Positions 50,492 through 64,000 of a stretch of 64,000 nt of DNA are shown piece by piece. A program made the position numbers and the translations under genes. The DNA lies in the NCBI GenBank assembly GCA_964016885.1, contig OZ024743.1, positions 31,620,001-31,684,000 on the forward strand, read 5' to 3'. The DNA comes from Eledone cirrhosa. Taxonomy: Eukaryota. The first letter of the stretch is position 1. Each line of letters opens with the position of its first letter. Under the pieces are notes generated by a model. The model made no database searches and was not told the DNA's origin. It saw only the letters and a program-made list of their open reading frames with translations.

Positions 50492-52172
50492 GGAGAAAAG
50501 AGGAAGGGGAAGGACACTTATATCATTATAAGTGCCATGAAAACAGACATATTTGTCATATGGCACTGGCAAAGGAAATGCGTGTTATTCTCCTTATAAA
50601 ATATAATTCACCGTACCCATATTACATTTACCTATTATGAGAGGAATTATCATGCAATAAAGCATTCAAATAATTTTATATTTGCAAACAGGCATTACTC
50701 ATAAATGTCACATTTGGAAAAGCCTTATTTAAAATGAAGAATAAATATCTCACTACGCTAACAGTCCGGATGAACAACATAAAGATAAAGTATCACTGTA
50801 TAAATATCTCATAGTACGCAGAAATGTATAATGTGTGTCTGTGTGTGTGTGTACGTGAGTGTACGTGTGTGAATGTGTGTGCGTCTAAGTGTATGAGTGA
50901 CTGTTTGAACATGTGTGTGGTGTATGTGTGTGTGAATGTGTGTCATATGTGAGTGTAAGTGTGCCAGTGTGTCGGTGTGAGTGTGTGCGTATCTGTGTCA
51001 GTGTGTCAGTGGGACTGTGTGTGTGTCAGTGTGTCAGTATGAGTGTGTGTGTATGTGTGTGAAACGATATAATCTGCAATCTTCCTTGTTTAAAAATTCT
51101 GCATTTTGCTCAGTTGCTGACAGACGTCAATGTTAGAGCGCAATCAAGATATAAATGTAGTGCACATATCTCAAACACTGCTTGCACATACGCACACAAA
51201 CAGATGCACAGATGCTATGGAAAACATTCACACATCTTCAGTCATTCACCAACATGCAGACACTCAGAATTAGGAGAAACTAGATGAATGCAAGTGCACA
51301 AAAATGCCATTATAGCTGCCGTACAGCATCAGTATTGCACATTAGCAATAACCAATGTCCTTATAACGATACAACTAACGATGACAACGAATACGATAGA
51401 TGTGAAGGACTGTACGTGTATAGTTTTCCATTCACTGTCGCCGGTATGTGTCGAGATTCAGCATAAAAAAAATATTTCGAGGTGACAAATCAATCCAATA
51501 TATATACGTGTGTGTGTGTATTATACATAAATATGCGTGTGTATGTGTGTGTATGTGTGCGTGTGTGCGTGTGTGTGTGTGTATTATATATATATATATA
51601 ATTATATTTAAGAGAAGTAAACAAGATAAGGAAAAAAGAATTTACCTATATATTTTGATATCCAGACTACTTTTTTTATCTTTTTTACTTTTCCCAAATG
51701 CAATTATATTACGCTCTGATAGATTGATTTTTATTAATTCCATCAGTGAGCAAAACTGGTATTGGTTGGACTCCCTCATATATACTTGTGTATAAATCTA
51801 TATATACACGCACATATATAACGAAGGAAGTGTGATAAGTAACCAGGTGGACCATAACGCACCAAAGTACTCGATACTGGGTAGTAGAGTGGGTAATAGG
51901 AGTTCAGACCTAGCTGCCAAAACGGCCGGAGCTCAGCCGTCGGGGTTCTGACTCTTTTCCTATACACACCCACACACACAAACATATACATATATATATG
52001 ATATTTGGAAATTCTGCTTCGGAGAAGCGATCGAGACGTACCTGAGGATCTTGCGATTTCAGAGTCAGGTTCGATCATTGCATCGATCGTGCCTCGAGCT
52101 GGTCGCCAAAGAAACGAATGTAATATGTCTAATACATTCTATTCGTCGCAACAGTGTTTCTCTGTTTCTTAT

Positions 52173-52213
<41 letters not shown>

Positions 52214-52289
52214 CGACGGAAAGGTGGTAAGGAACCAGATGGACCATAACGCACCAAAGTACTCAATACTTAGGGTAGTAGAGTGGGTA

Positions 52290-52421
52290 ATAGGAACGAG
52301 TAGGACCCCGACGGCTGAGCTCAAGCCGTTTCGACGGCTAATTCTGGACTAAAAGATTTTAGTCCAGAATTAGCCGTCGAAACGGCTTGAGCTCAGCCGT
52401 CGGGGTCCTACTCGTTCCTAT
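52290..52421. repeat. 132-bp palindrome (65-bp arms, 2-nt loop) within a dispersed repeat family
   Basis: ataggaacgagtaggaccccgacggctgagctc...aaaa GA tttt... Related sequence at 51841-51964 and 59803-59837. Confidence 0.93.
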
Positions 52422-53608
52422 ATATATATATATGTGTGTGTGTGTATAATAACTGCGACTTTCTTTTACAGAAGAGGGCAATCTTTTCAATGAATTTCTT
52501 GCTTTTATGAACCGACGCCAACTGCAGGCTGCTGGCTATTCAATGATTAAACAGCTTTGATTATGTGTGTAAGATAAAACAAACAACACAAATAGAATGA
52601 CGAAAACAGAAGTGTTTCGCTGTTTTAACGGCTGTTCTTGCGATACGTTTTCTCATGTTTATATGTATTCAATCAGATACACTCTCGCGTCGTCTCGATC
52701 AGAGTCAATATTGGTTCAAATTTATCAAAGCTATAATTAGCTTTCTGTTTAAGACAGACACCACCGCTTGAGGTCCGCTATCCCATTATATTATTTTATT
52801 TGTTTTCTGTCTTTATTCAATATTTGCTATTTGTTTTATGACACACACACATCATACCAGTGGAAATATTTATTTTCTGTTGGACTATCCAACCTTTTTA
52901 AAATTATACTCTTAATTAAATCATGTGAAACCATTTTGCTGGTTTGAGAGCTGATGATGGTGAAGATGTGTGTGTAAACTTGCCTTCTATATTGCCGTTC
53001 TTTATTTCCTTCTTCCAGTCACTTCCGTGCCACAGCACACTTCTTCTTGTCCTCCGCCTCTTTCACTCTTTTCTATATTTCATCTGCCTGTTTCCATCAT
53101 CTGCTGACCACTGGTCGTTTGTCTCTGTCCGCTGAGGCATTCTTGCCCATCAATGTCTTTTACAAGAGACAGCTGTTTTAACGGCTAGTCTAACTACACA
53201 CGGCTATTCTAAATACACACTCGCCTCGTCTCGATTAGTGAACAAATTGTTTTTACGATATATATATACACACTCTCACACACACACACACATATATATA
53301 TATATGTATATATGTATATACATACAAATATATGTATATATATATATATGTATGTATATATATATATGCATATACATATATATGTGTGTGTTTATGTGTG
53401 TATGTGTGTGTGTGTGCATGCATGTATATGTGTATATATCTAACTATCGCACTTCTCAAATATATATCTTAATTATCATCATGAGCGCTAATTATATGTA
53501 AATTAGTATGCCAATTTCAGAATAATATCAAGAGTGAATGTGTACATATATAAATATATATATATACCCATCAAATAATGTTTCGTTATAGTTGATTGAT
53601 GATATGCA

Positions 53609-53654
53609 CGCCTTCTGAAGAAGATCCTATTAGATATGTAAATCGATTAAAGCG
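53609..53654 (+). ncRNA. Decayed hammerhead-like motif
   Basis: CGCCTT-CTGAAGA-agat..atat-G(t)AAA-TCGA-TT-AAAGCG, with one extra base in the GAAA box. Confidence 0.45.
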
Positions 53655-55066
53655 TTTTTTAATTTTCTCAATTTACAAGGGAAATTCGTATTTTCTGTTC
53701 CGTTTACACACCTACATATGGGATATGTTTCTATATATGTATGTATATATATATATAAATATATATATGTACATGTTCGTGCCCCCGAGTTACATATTTG
53801 TTTTGTATATTTGTATCGTACATTTCGGCTGTTGGTGCTTTTCTCAAATATATTTTAAAATAAAATATGGTGTAATCCCCAAAAAGGAGAGACACAGATA
53901 AACCAGAAATTTAGTCACTGAGGTGATCACAGAATCTACAACGAAAGAGCCGTGTTAATCAACAACTAAACAAACATACAATTGATAAATTAACCGACTA
54001 AGACATTATTATGATCATGAAATGAAGTGAAACCTAACAGGTGCGTGTGTTTTTATGGGCAGAATGACCATCCTTTCGATAATAAGTGATTGCTATCTAT
54101 AACTTTAAACGGCTGAGATGTACTTCTCTGTAACTCCCAGGGTCCAACTGCCTTTCCCCCTCTGTTATTCACACTGTTATCCAAAGCTGGTAAAATCCGG
54201 GGTTCCCCCAATTGCGTTTTCGGGAAAGATGTCGACTGCTAGTATATTGAAGATCAGATTAGTTGAACACGTACGAAAAAAGAACATAAGAATAAAACTG
54301 CTTCGCGATACCCAGTGGTTGCTTTTCTATGAATTTAGGAATTTAGGAATGAGTCGGAAAAGTCGATTGTGATCAGGTCGGAGGTTAGACTAGTTGAAAA
54401 CATACGAAAAACCTTAATCAATACCAATTTTGTTTCTGGTTATTAGCACATATACAGACAAAGAAACTTCCTTTTCATATATACAGAAAAGCATACACAG
54501 AAAAAAACTTCTATTCTCTGTCATTCTATTTCTCTCAATAACAACAAAAATAATTTGTCCTTATAGTAGAAGAAATGTTAATAATGTCTGTGTCACCTTC
54601 TTGGACATGAAGAAACACGCACACACACACACACACATACACACACAAACACTACGCACCTCCCCCGAAAAAAACACCGTATTCTTTTCGTTTATTCACA
54701 CGTAACGTTTTAGTTAGAGAGCGAACGAATAATATTCCCTTCCTATATATATATTTATATATAGATAGCATGGCAGAGGGACAGAGTTCTTATTATAGTA
54801 TAGATTATAGACAAGAGTAAATATGTTGTATAAAGAGCACTACATTCTCTCCCACATTAACATTATTCCGTTTTAGCAACAAATGTCAATGGCGTGCAAG
54901 TCGGAGATTAGATTAATTAAAAACACAGAGAAAAATGTTATCACCAATTTTATTTAGTGTTATTAGCGGTCAACGTACACAAAAACGTCCTACTTGTAAG
55001 TGTTATATATATATTCTCCCGAATGAAACAGTTCCAGTCCTGTAGAAGCCATTTCTATATTATATA

Positions 55067-55380
55067 GGTAAAGACCCCTTCGGTCACGAATGACCATGGG
55101 ATTTGAACCTAGAAAGTTCCCCCCCGAGGCACAATCCGGACAAGACCCGCAGTCGCCCTGTGGAAGACCAGCAGTCGCCCATGCACACTAGCCTCCCCTA
55201 TCCACGTCACGGATTTTATCCAAGGGAAACGCAATGAGCGATACAGTTTGGCACCAGTGCGTCGCAACTGAGTGAACGCAGCAACGTGAAATAAAGCGTT
55301 TTGCTCAAGAACACAACGAAAAGCCCGTTCCAAAAATCGAACACACAACCTCACGATTGTAAGCTCGACGCTCTAACCCC
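55067..55380 (-). mobile_element. tRNA-headed SINE, family B
   Basis: Minus-strand head gggttagagcgtcgagcttacaatcgtgaggttgtgtgttcgatt (A/B-box-like), then tgtgttcttgagcaa, and tail ggggtctttacct. Confidence 0.75.
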
Positions 55381-55382
55381 TA

Positions 55383-55493
<111 letters not shown>

Positions 55494-56442
55494 GGAAACC
55501 GAACACTCCATTATACCTATCATATTTTTCCATGTTAAATTCCAAAAGCTAAGACGATTTCCATGTAATTTTAGGTGGAAGCGCACTATTTGAATATCAA
55601 ATACATTTATCTAACAGTATTGTAGTACTGTAACATATTGACAACTTGCTCGCTAACCTATTCACTTCCACCTTTGTGCTCTACTCTATCTTTCTCGGTA
55701 TATCTTTTCCATCAAATAACTACGAAGTAGACAGTTTTATTTCTTTGTATTACCGGTAATATAAAAGTCGTTAGAAATGGCTACATCATATTTTCCACAG
55801 AATTCCGACCATGCAGTCAGTTAGAATTAATCAATGATACCAAACATTAATTTTAATTTCGGTAAAATGAAACCTACAGTAAAAAACAGTATGTATATTT
55901 TTTAATGCACTAGAACATCGTTACGTTTATAGAATTCAGCAAAGTTGGTATGGTCGTTATAAACTGTTATTGTCAACAAACAGATGGTAAGCTACAGGAA
56001 TTTTTCTCAGAGCAGAAGATTATTGGGGCTCTCCTGCATTTAGAGAGAGAGAGCTAAAGTGGTTTATCCTATGTATATTATGTCGTTTGTTTTTATAGTC
56101 TTCTTTTCGTTACACACTATTGTTTGCTTTTCTAAAAGCCAGATTTCTACACACAAATCCAAACATGATTCTTTTTATTTAGTCAATAACTGCTCAGGAT
56201 GAAATAGCTTAAGTTTAGATTTACTTACTCTATATATATATATCGATCGATAAATGTGTCCATAGGTTTCACGTTTCTCAAATCTAGAAACGGGTTTTCC
56301 TTTATTAAGAAGCGGTTATTATGAGTTTTATCTGTATAAGAACATATAAAAAAGTCATATATATATGTGTATATATATATATTAATAAAAGGAATTCCAG
56401 CTTTGTCTGATTTACTCGTTTTATTTACAATCCTTTAAAATT

Positions 56443-56625
56443 ATAATTGTTTTTACTTTTGGCACAGGGCCAGATATTATTCCAGTGTATTACTGGTACT
56501 TTATTTTATCGACCCCGTAAGGATGAAAGGCAAAGTTAACCTCGGCGCGATTTGAACTCAGATCATAAAGGGCCTGCAAAGAAAGGCGTCCGACCTTCTA
56601 CGGATACTGCCAATCCACCGCCCTT
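56443..56625 (-). mobile_element. Full-length family A SINE
   Basis: Reverse complement of the consensus. tttaaaattataat occurs at both ends and may be a target-site duplication. Confidence 0.9.
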
Positions 56626-56762
56626 TAAAATTATAATGATATTATAATGAAATAGTATGGTCGAATATTAAATGTTAAGTGTTAATTGAACAAGTACTTT
56701 CATGGTTTCGCAATCTTCAGGTTAATATTCAGTGGTGGCAGTCAAGTTTGCAATATTCAACT

Positions 56763-56798
<36 letters not shown>

Positions 56799-56939
56799 GA
56801 ATGTGTGTGTGTGTGTGTGTATGTATGCATGTGGGCATCTATCAATCTTATATATATACATATATTTATATATATATGTTTATATATATATATATATATG
56901 TTTGTATGTATGTATATATACATATATATATACATATAT

Positions 56940-57734
<795 letters not shown>

Positions 57735-58117
57735 ATAGCTTTCACCGTATTTTTAACTAAAGGAATTTTAGCTTGATAACGGGTTTAGAACCCTCAGATA
57801 AATGGAAAAAGATGAGTATTGACGTACACTTACTTGATATATATATATATATGAAAAATAAATAAATAAACAAACTTACACACACTCAACCACGCGCATA
57901 TACTTAAAGAGTACGTAGACAGAAGCTGTCACATAAGCATATATGTATCAACCGACATGGACAAAATACATACACATACATATAAATGAAGTAATAAGAA
58001 TAAATAAATAAATGAATAAGAACAAAATATATTCAAAGTCGTAAATAAAAAAAATATAAAAAAAATAGAAAGAAGATGCGCGTTGACAACGATAAAAGAG
58101 GGGATGGGGGAAAACAA

Positions 58118-58224
58118 ATAATTGTTTCTAATTCTGGCACAGGGCCAGCAAATTAACCAGTGCATTACTGGTACTTTATTTTATCGACACCGTAAAGATG
58201 AAAGGCAAAGTTTAGCTCGCCGCG
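58118..58224 (-). mobile_element. 5'-truncated family A SINE
   Basis: Only the tail and core are present. Confidence 0.85.
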
Positions 58225-58337
58225 AAAACAAATAATAACAAACAAATACACGAAGTGTGCAATTACGTGTGCAATTACGTAAAATAAATATATATATATA
58301 TATACATAAATATACATATAAAAATATATATATATAT

Positions 58338-58396
<59 letters not shown>

Positions 58397-58535
58397 CATA
58401 CACACATACATACATACATACACACACACGCACACAACCAACAACAAAACCATGCACAAACACTCATATACACGTATAAAAACACATACACAAATGCAAG
58501 TGTATATACATATATATACATTCACACACACACAT

Positions 58536-58616
<81 letters not shown>

Positions 58617-59002
58617 TATACAAAAATATAAATATTAAAAAAATAAACATACATACACATCCACATACAGATACACAAGCGTGCAAAAATACATATACTC
58701 ATACACATACACGCGCTTACACACATGAAAATAAGCATACAGACAAATATACTAACGCACACATAAACCCTACAAAAAGAGCGTACACACGTAACCACAC
58801 GTAAAGAACCCACTCGCATGTAAAGAACACACGCAGACAAAACCATACGTAAGACTGTACAGACCAAAAACAAAGGCCTATAATCACCGCATACACACAA
58901 CATAAAACGTAAACACATACATATACCTATATATAAGTATAATATAAACATAAATAAACTCACACACATAAGTAAAAATACATAAAATACATACGCACAC
59001 AC

Positions 59003-59081
<79 letters not shown>

Positions 59082-59743
59082 TACAAATACATACGCACGC
59101 ATATATATATATCTACATATATATATATATATTTAGAAACACACAGATACATGCGGACACAGACATATACATGAATGCATCCACACCCAACCGTGAGTTA
59201 AGGGTGCCAACCTCACCGATGTTGCTCAATGAATGACTGGGACAGACCAATCCGGTTGAACTAGACTGAACCAGTATCAGAGTTAAAAATACATTATGAA
59301 AAGAGAAGAAACATTTAGATATAATTAATAATAAAATGTATCATACCTAAACTGCTCCTAGATTCCTCGACTACGTAGTTTCGTGGCATAAACAAAAACA
59401 ATACATCATAAAGATATAGAGTCCTTGCGAGGTCTGCCGACTTATCAAGAGGATACCTCATTTTACTAGCCTCAAGAACGCGTCTACACGACGTGAGTAA
59501 GAATCCCAAAAGGCGGAGGGGGAGATAGTCACGCGATATAACGGTCGAGAAACAGAGCTAAGCCTCTTATAACCCCGAAGAAAATACCACGGACGCGGAG
59601 GGGGTATTTATATCGAATATATATATGCACGCACATACATACACACACACATACATACGTACACATACATACATATATACGTATACATACATATACATGC
59701 GTATACATACATATACATACATATATACGTATACATACATACA

Positions 59744-59805
<62 letters not shown>

Positions 59806-61549
59806 GGAACGAGTAGGACCCCGACGGCTGAGCTCAAGATCAATAGATCTACTTGGGGCCCAACGCATATCCCTAGCTCTATCAAAACATCTAAGGAATA
59901 GGTTGCTGCGATCAAGTTTCTTCCTTTCTGGCGGCGTTAATGGAATATCCCAAGACTCGGAACATGTCTCCCTGCGATAGTGAGAACCTGCATTTCTCGT
60001 TACCTGAAACGGAATATGCCAGTATATATTCCTACAGTCTCGCGCGTTGCTCATATTCACAGTCTCGGTTTCTCTCGAGGATATCTTTCCAACGTTAATT
60101 CTGTTCCGGTTTTCTTTTAAAGATGTGCTTTAGTCTACAGAAACTCACCACAAGCAAATATTATTTATTCAACTGTGATCTGTCGGAAGAGTGTTCACCT
60201 TCTGTTACGGTAGGTCACCTACTCTGTTCCTTGTGGGCCCCAGTGGATCCATACGCTTCAGATTCATCATCTACGGATTTATAAATATGGACAGTTCATC
60301 ATGGACAGTTGCATGATGGAATCAATACATATTTCGGGTTTTGTAACGTACACCCTCATCTACCTACACTACAATACATACATATATATGCACACACACT
60401 TATATATCTACCCATACTAAGTGTAATGCTTTAGGAACGCTTTCAAAATTATATCTAAATTCAATACTAATAGTTTTAAAAATTCAAAATCATTGATAAT
60501 ATGGATATTAACAATAATAAAAGTTCAATTTTCTAATAGAGCCAATTATAAGTAAACCACCAATGAATTAAGTTAATGATGCTATTACTACAACCCTACC
60601 CCTCAGATACTGTCTATTTCTAACCATAATAATGGCTCAAATATATTTCACAACAATAGTATGACGTCTAAACGTAATACTAATGTACATAGTAAGTGTC
60701 CATATAATACCGTCTTTGACGTAACGCTGTATATGAGTGCTCACTTAGCAAACTTACTACTAATTATTCTAATTGAGCCACATAAAACCCATTCGCATTA
60801 ACATACCAATAAGAATTCAAAAAATAAAAAAAAATGCCTTATTCTTGTACATATCATTTGGAGTATAAATATATTTGTTTAACACTTTAGCATTTACATT
60901 ACTCTATATTCACTATTATATTTTCATGGTAAGGCTCTACCTCACATATATAGAGCACATAATATCGAATCTACAAGATTTTGATGTTATTTAGTTTGAG
61001 AACAATACCTTAACTTTGGTATGAGTGATAGGTTACAGCCGGTTTGAGCAGAGAGAGATGAAAGAATTCTGGCCGGATATGGCTGGGTTATATGCTAAAG
61101 TGTTAATTGGAGTTTTAAAAATTACTACCTCCAGATCTCAATTACTGGCTAGGAAAAATTACGTCGTATTACATTGCATGCTTCAAGCGCCTTATTCTTT
61201 CCTTTATAATATCGTCCACACCACCTAGATTAGTTTTCATTCATCTAGGGCTTCACTCTCTATTCAAAGAAATTTAGTATTCTTCTTCACATTAATCATC
61301 ATTCTCTTCCTTTTCTAAAACATTTTTAGAAAATATTCATAATTCTTCCTCTATATGTCCATTTTGATTTATTATAGGATAGCTCCCTGTTATAACATTG
61401 GTGAGTAATAATTGAATGTATTTGATGATCTGATTTCATTAATATACCTTCAGATATTCTTCTCATAGTTATGTTTTATTGTTTTATTTTTTCGTATTTT
61501 ACTTGATGTTATGTTTAATTATATATATATATCTTTTTCATGTATATAT

Positions 61550-61598
<49 letters not shown>

Positions 61599-61966
61599 GA
61601 CATACGGTACGTCTACGAATAAGTATTTGTAAACCCTTTTAGCTATGAATATTGAAATGTTGATGGCTACTGCGGTCAAGCGGGTAGCACCGCGTTTCTG
61701 CTTCAGTATCTCAGTAGATCAGTGATTCGCCCGCCCTGCCGTCAGCTGGAATTTGAACTAGGCGAAAATATAACGTTTGTGTTGCATATTTACGTTGTCT
61801 GAATAGTTTCATTTGCATATGGAGCTGTGACGCCGGCTCAGCTTGAAAGTAAGATTAAAGATTTTGCTCTGACATACCTGTATACAATTTTGTCTATCTA
61901 ATGATATACGGAATTTTTACGAACAAACGTTTAAAAATCTTTTTGGCTAAGCAACGGGGGTTTACA

Positions 61967-62001
61967 ACCGACGCTTTTCTGGCTCGGGCCTTCATCAGGA
62001 C
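61967..62001 (-). ncRNA. Hammerhead-like motif
   Basis: GTC-CTGATGA-aGGCccgaGCCa-GAAA-agc-GTC-GGT. Core is intact; stems are weak. Confidence 0.55.
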
Positions 62002-62267
62002 AGTGCTTCACCCACCCTTGCAGAGGGTGACGATTTGACATCCTGCGAGATGAAAAATAATACCCGCTAAATGTTTATTAGGAGAGGGAAACAGTGGTTA
62101 CAAAACCTGAAGATGAATAATTTGCTGGTCGGCTATTGCGTTTTTCTGTTGCTTTACCTGCAAAGTGGGCGTGCTTCTTTGCAAGCCACGTCCTCTACAA
62201 TCAAATTCGCACACAAGAGCTTTTTTTACGCATACGCGAATATCGGAGTGGAAAGCTGGCAGCTTTC

Positions 62268-62905
62268 CACTCAACACCCATACACAACGGCTCGAGGTCA
62301 AAGAAAAAAAAAATATATATATATACACATATCAACACATCATCAAACCAGTAGAACTATAGGTAACAATTAGTGTGAGTGGGTACACACACACTACCAC
62401 ACACACCGAAGCGATGTCATAGAAAAAAAAACAAATATAAGAATAAGAATATACCAATACAGCATTCACCGAAAGTTCGTTTACAAAACAACAAATGCTA
62501 CATTGGTGGTCAAATCTCAATTTGACGGTGTAAATTGGAAATATTGGGTTAACCACAGTCCATACACATACACACACACACGCACAAGCAAGTTACTTCA
62601 GTTCAGTGTTCTGTTATACATATATAGATTGAATTGTAACATCCGTATCTTCAAGTGTATGTTATGGTATATACACATCCGTATCGTTCGAAAAAGTGTA
62701 TGTCAGGTATATACACATCCATGTGAAGAGCAGGCAATCAGCTCATGTCGAACTGTGTACAAACTCACACTAATTGTGACCTTCTATAGTTCTACAGGTT
62801 TGATGCTGTGTTGATATGTGTATATATATATTTTTTTTTTCTTTGACCTCGAGCCGGTGTGTATGGGTGTTGAGTGTGTGTACCCACTCACATTAACTGT
62901 GACCG
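62268..62905. repeat. Inverted repeat (about 115-bp arms at 62268-62390 and 62763-62905)
   Basis: cactcaacacccatacacaacggctcgaggtcaaag... is mirrored by ...ctttgacctcgagccggtgtgtatgggtgttgagtg. Confidence 0.88.
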
Positions 62906-63100
62906 ACTGTATTTCTACAGATCTTATTAATGTCCAGCGTCCTTTGCAGCTATGGAGATTTGACAGTTTTATGTCCCTAACTGAAGCTGATAGCAGTCGC
63001 CGTATTTCTGACTACTGGATCTTCATATGAGGAAATAAACTCTGTGAGTGAACATTGCTAATTTTCTCCCTAATATCAAGAATTTGAAGACAATTCATTT

Positions 63101-63174
63101 TCACCTGATGAGATCAGTGATAATTGATCATGGCATTACAATCGATCTATCTCTTATTGAAACATGTGTCGTGA
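63101..63174 (+). ncRNA. Hammerhead motif with long stem II
   Basis: TCAC-CTGATGA-[gatcagtgata...tatctcttatt]-GAAAC-atgt-GTC-GTGA with overlapping ATTAAA. Confidence 0.8.
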
Positions 63175-63312
63175 TTAAAATGATTGGAATTTTATCTTGC
63201 CTTCAGATTTTCCTTTTGATATATATATATTATAGCGTATTGTGTACGGCTACACACTTGAAATGGCCAAAACAAAATACGCGCACTCTCTCTCACACAC
63301 ACACACATATAA

Positions 63313-63349
<37 letters not shown>

Positions 63350-63700
63350 TGTATAGGTGCAAGATAATTGCATCGGTAGGCTGTATGCCGGGTAAGCATA
63401 TGATAATCTTGCAGAACAGAGTATCAATAGTATGAGAATAAAGGAACAAAGAATCAGTGTTGCATCATAACATATTTAGTAACATATTATATATGTTTCA
63501 CTGTGGATCAAGTCGAGGGACGATCTGTTATTGATCGAACCTGACTCTGGAATCGAATTGGGAGGTATTAATACAACATCAGGGAAGAGCTTGCATATTG
63601 AAGCTTATCAGAGGATCTTTTGAGCGACAGTGAAGCATATGTAACATGACATTAAATATGTTATGATGCAACACTGATTCTTTGTTCATTTATTCTAATG

Positions 63701-63842
<142 letters not shown>

Positions 63843-64000
63843 CAATAATCAAAGTTCAGTTTAAGTCATTTATTTGCTTACAATTGTTTCCTCCAAACCG
63901 AGGTTTGGATTCTTCGGAGCAACTATTTACTGATCTATAACATACTTGACCTCCTTTTCAACCCAAGAGACACATAAAACATATGCGCATATTGATCAAC

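Noticed and set aside
55320-55380. tRNA gene
   Set aside because: Acceptor stem is incomplete and it continues into a SINE body, so it is treated as a SINE head.
58181-59152. 323-aa ORF and the many YI/VC/RE-repeat ORFs elsewhere
   Set aside because: These are stop-free frames through (TA)n, (CA)n and (GA)n microsatellites.

Overview
AT-rich eukaryotic, repeat-dominated DNA with many (TA)n/(GA)n/(CA)n microsatellites and tRNA-type SINEs. The SINE style suggests a cephalopod such as Octopus; this is inference. No host gene exon could be supported, and most short ORFs in the track are microsatellite artefacts. Main contents: (1) two near-full-length minus-strand Tx1/L1-clade LINEs (about 30674-36482 and 44376-50375), each sitting inside a different microsatellite, (AGAT)n versus (AAT)n, plus an older Tx1 fragment; (2) the 3' end of an R4/Dong-type element ending in (TAA)n; (3) a CR1-group LINE 5' half joined to a Penelope-like GIY-YIG fragment; (4) about nine SINE copies and a 44-bp minisatellite; (5) about a dozen minimal type I hammerhead-ribozyme motifs, several next to inverted repeats or perfect palindromes as expected for Penelope-like pseudo-LTRs. 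The most novel-looking signal is that both divergent Tx1 elements carry short GT-AG intron-like units at the same two places. One is in the 5' UTR ahead of a run of hairpins. The other overlaps the ORF1 stop codon, and its removal would fuse ORF1 to ORF2 in frame. All calls were made by eye and coordinates may be off by a few bases.
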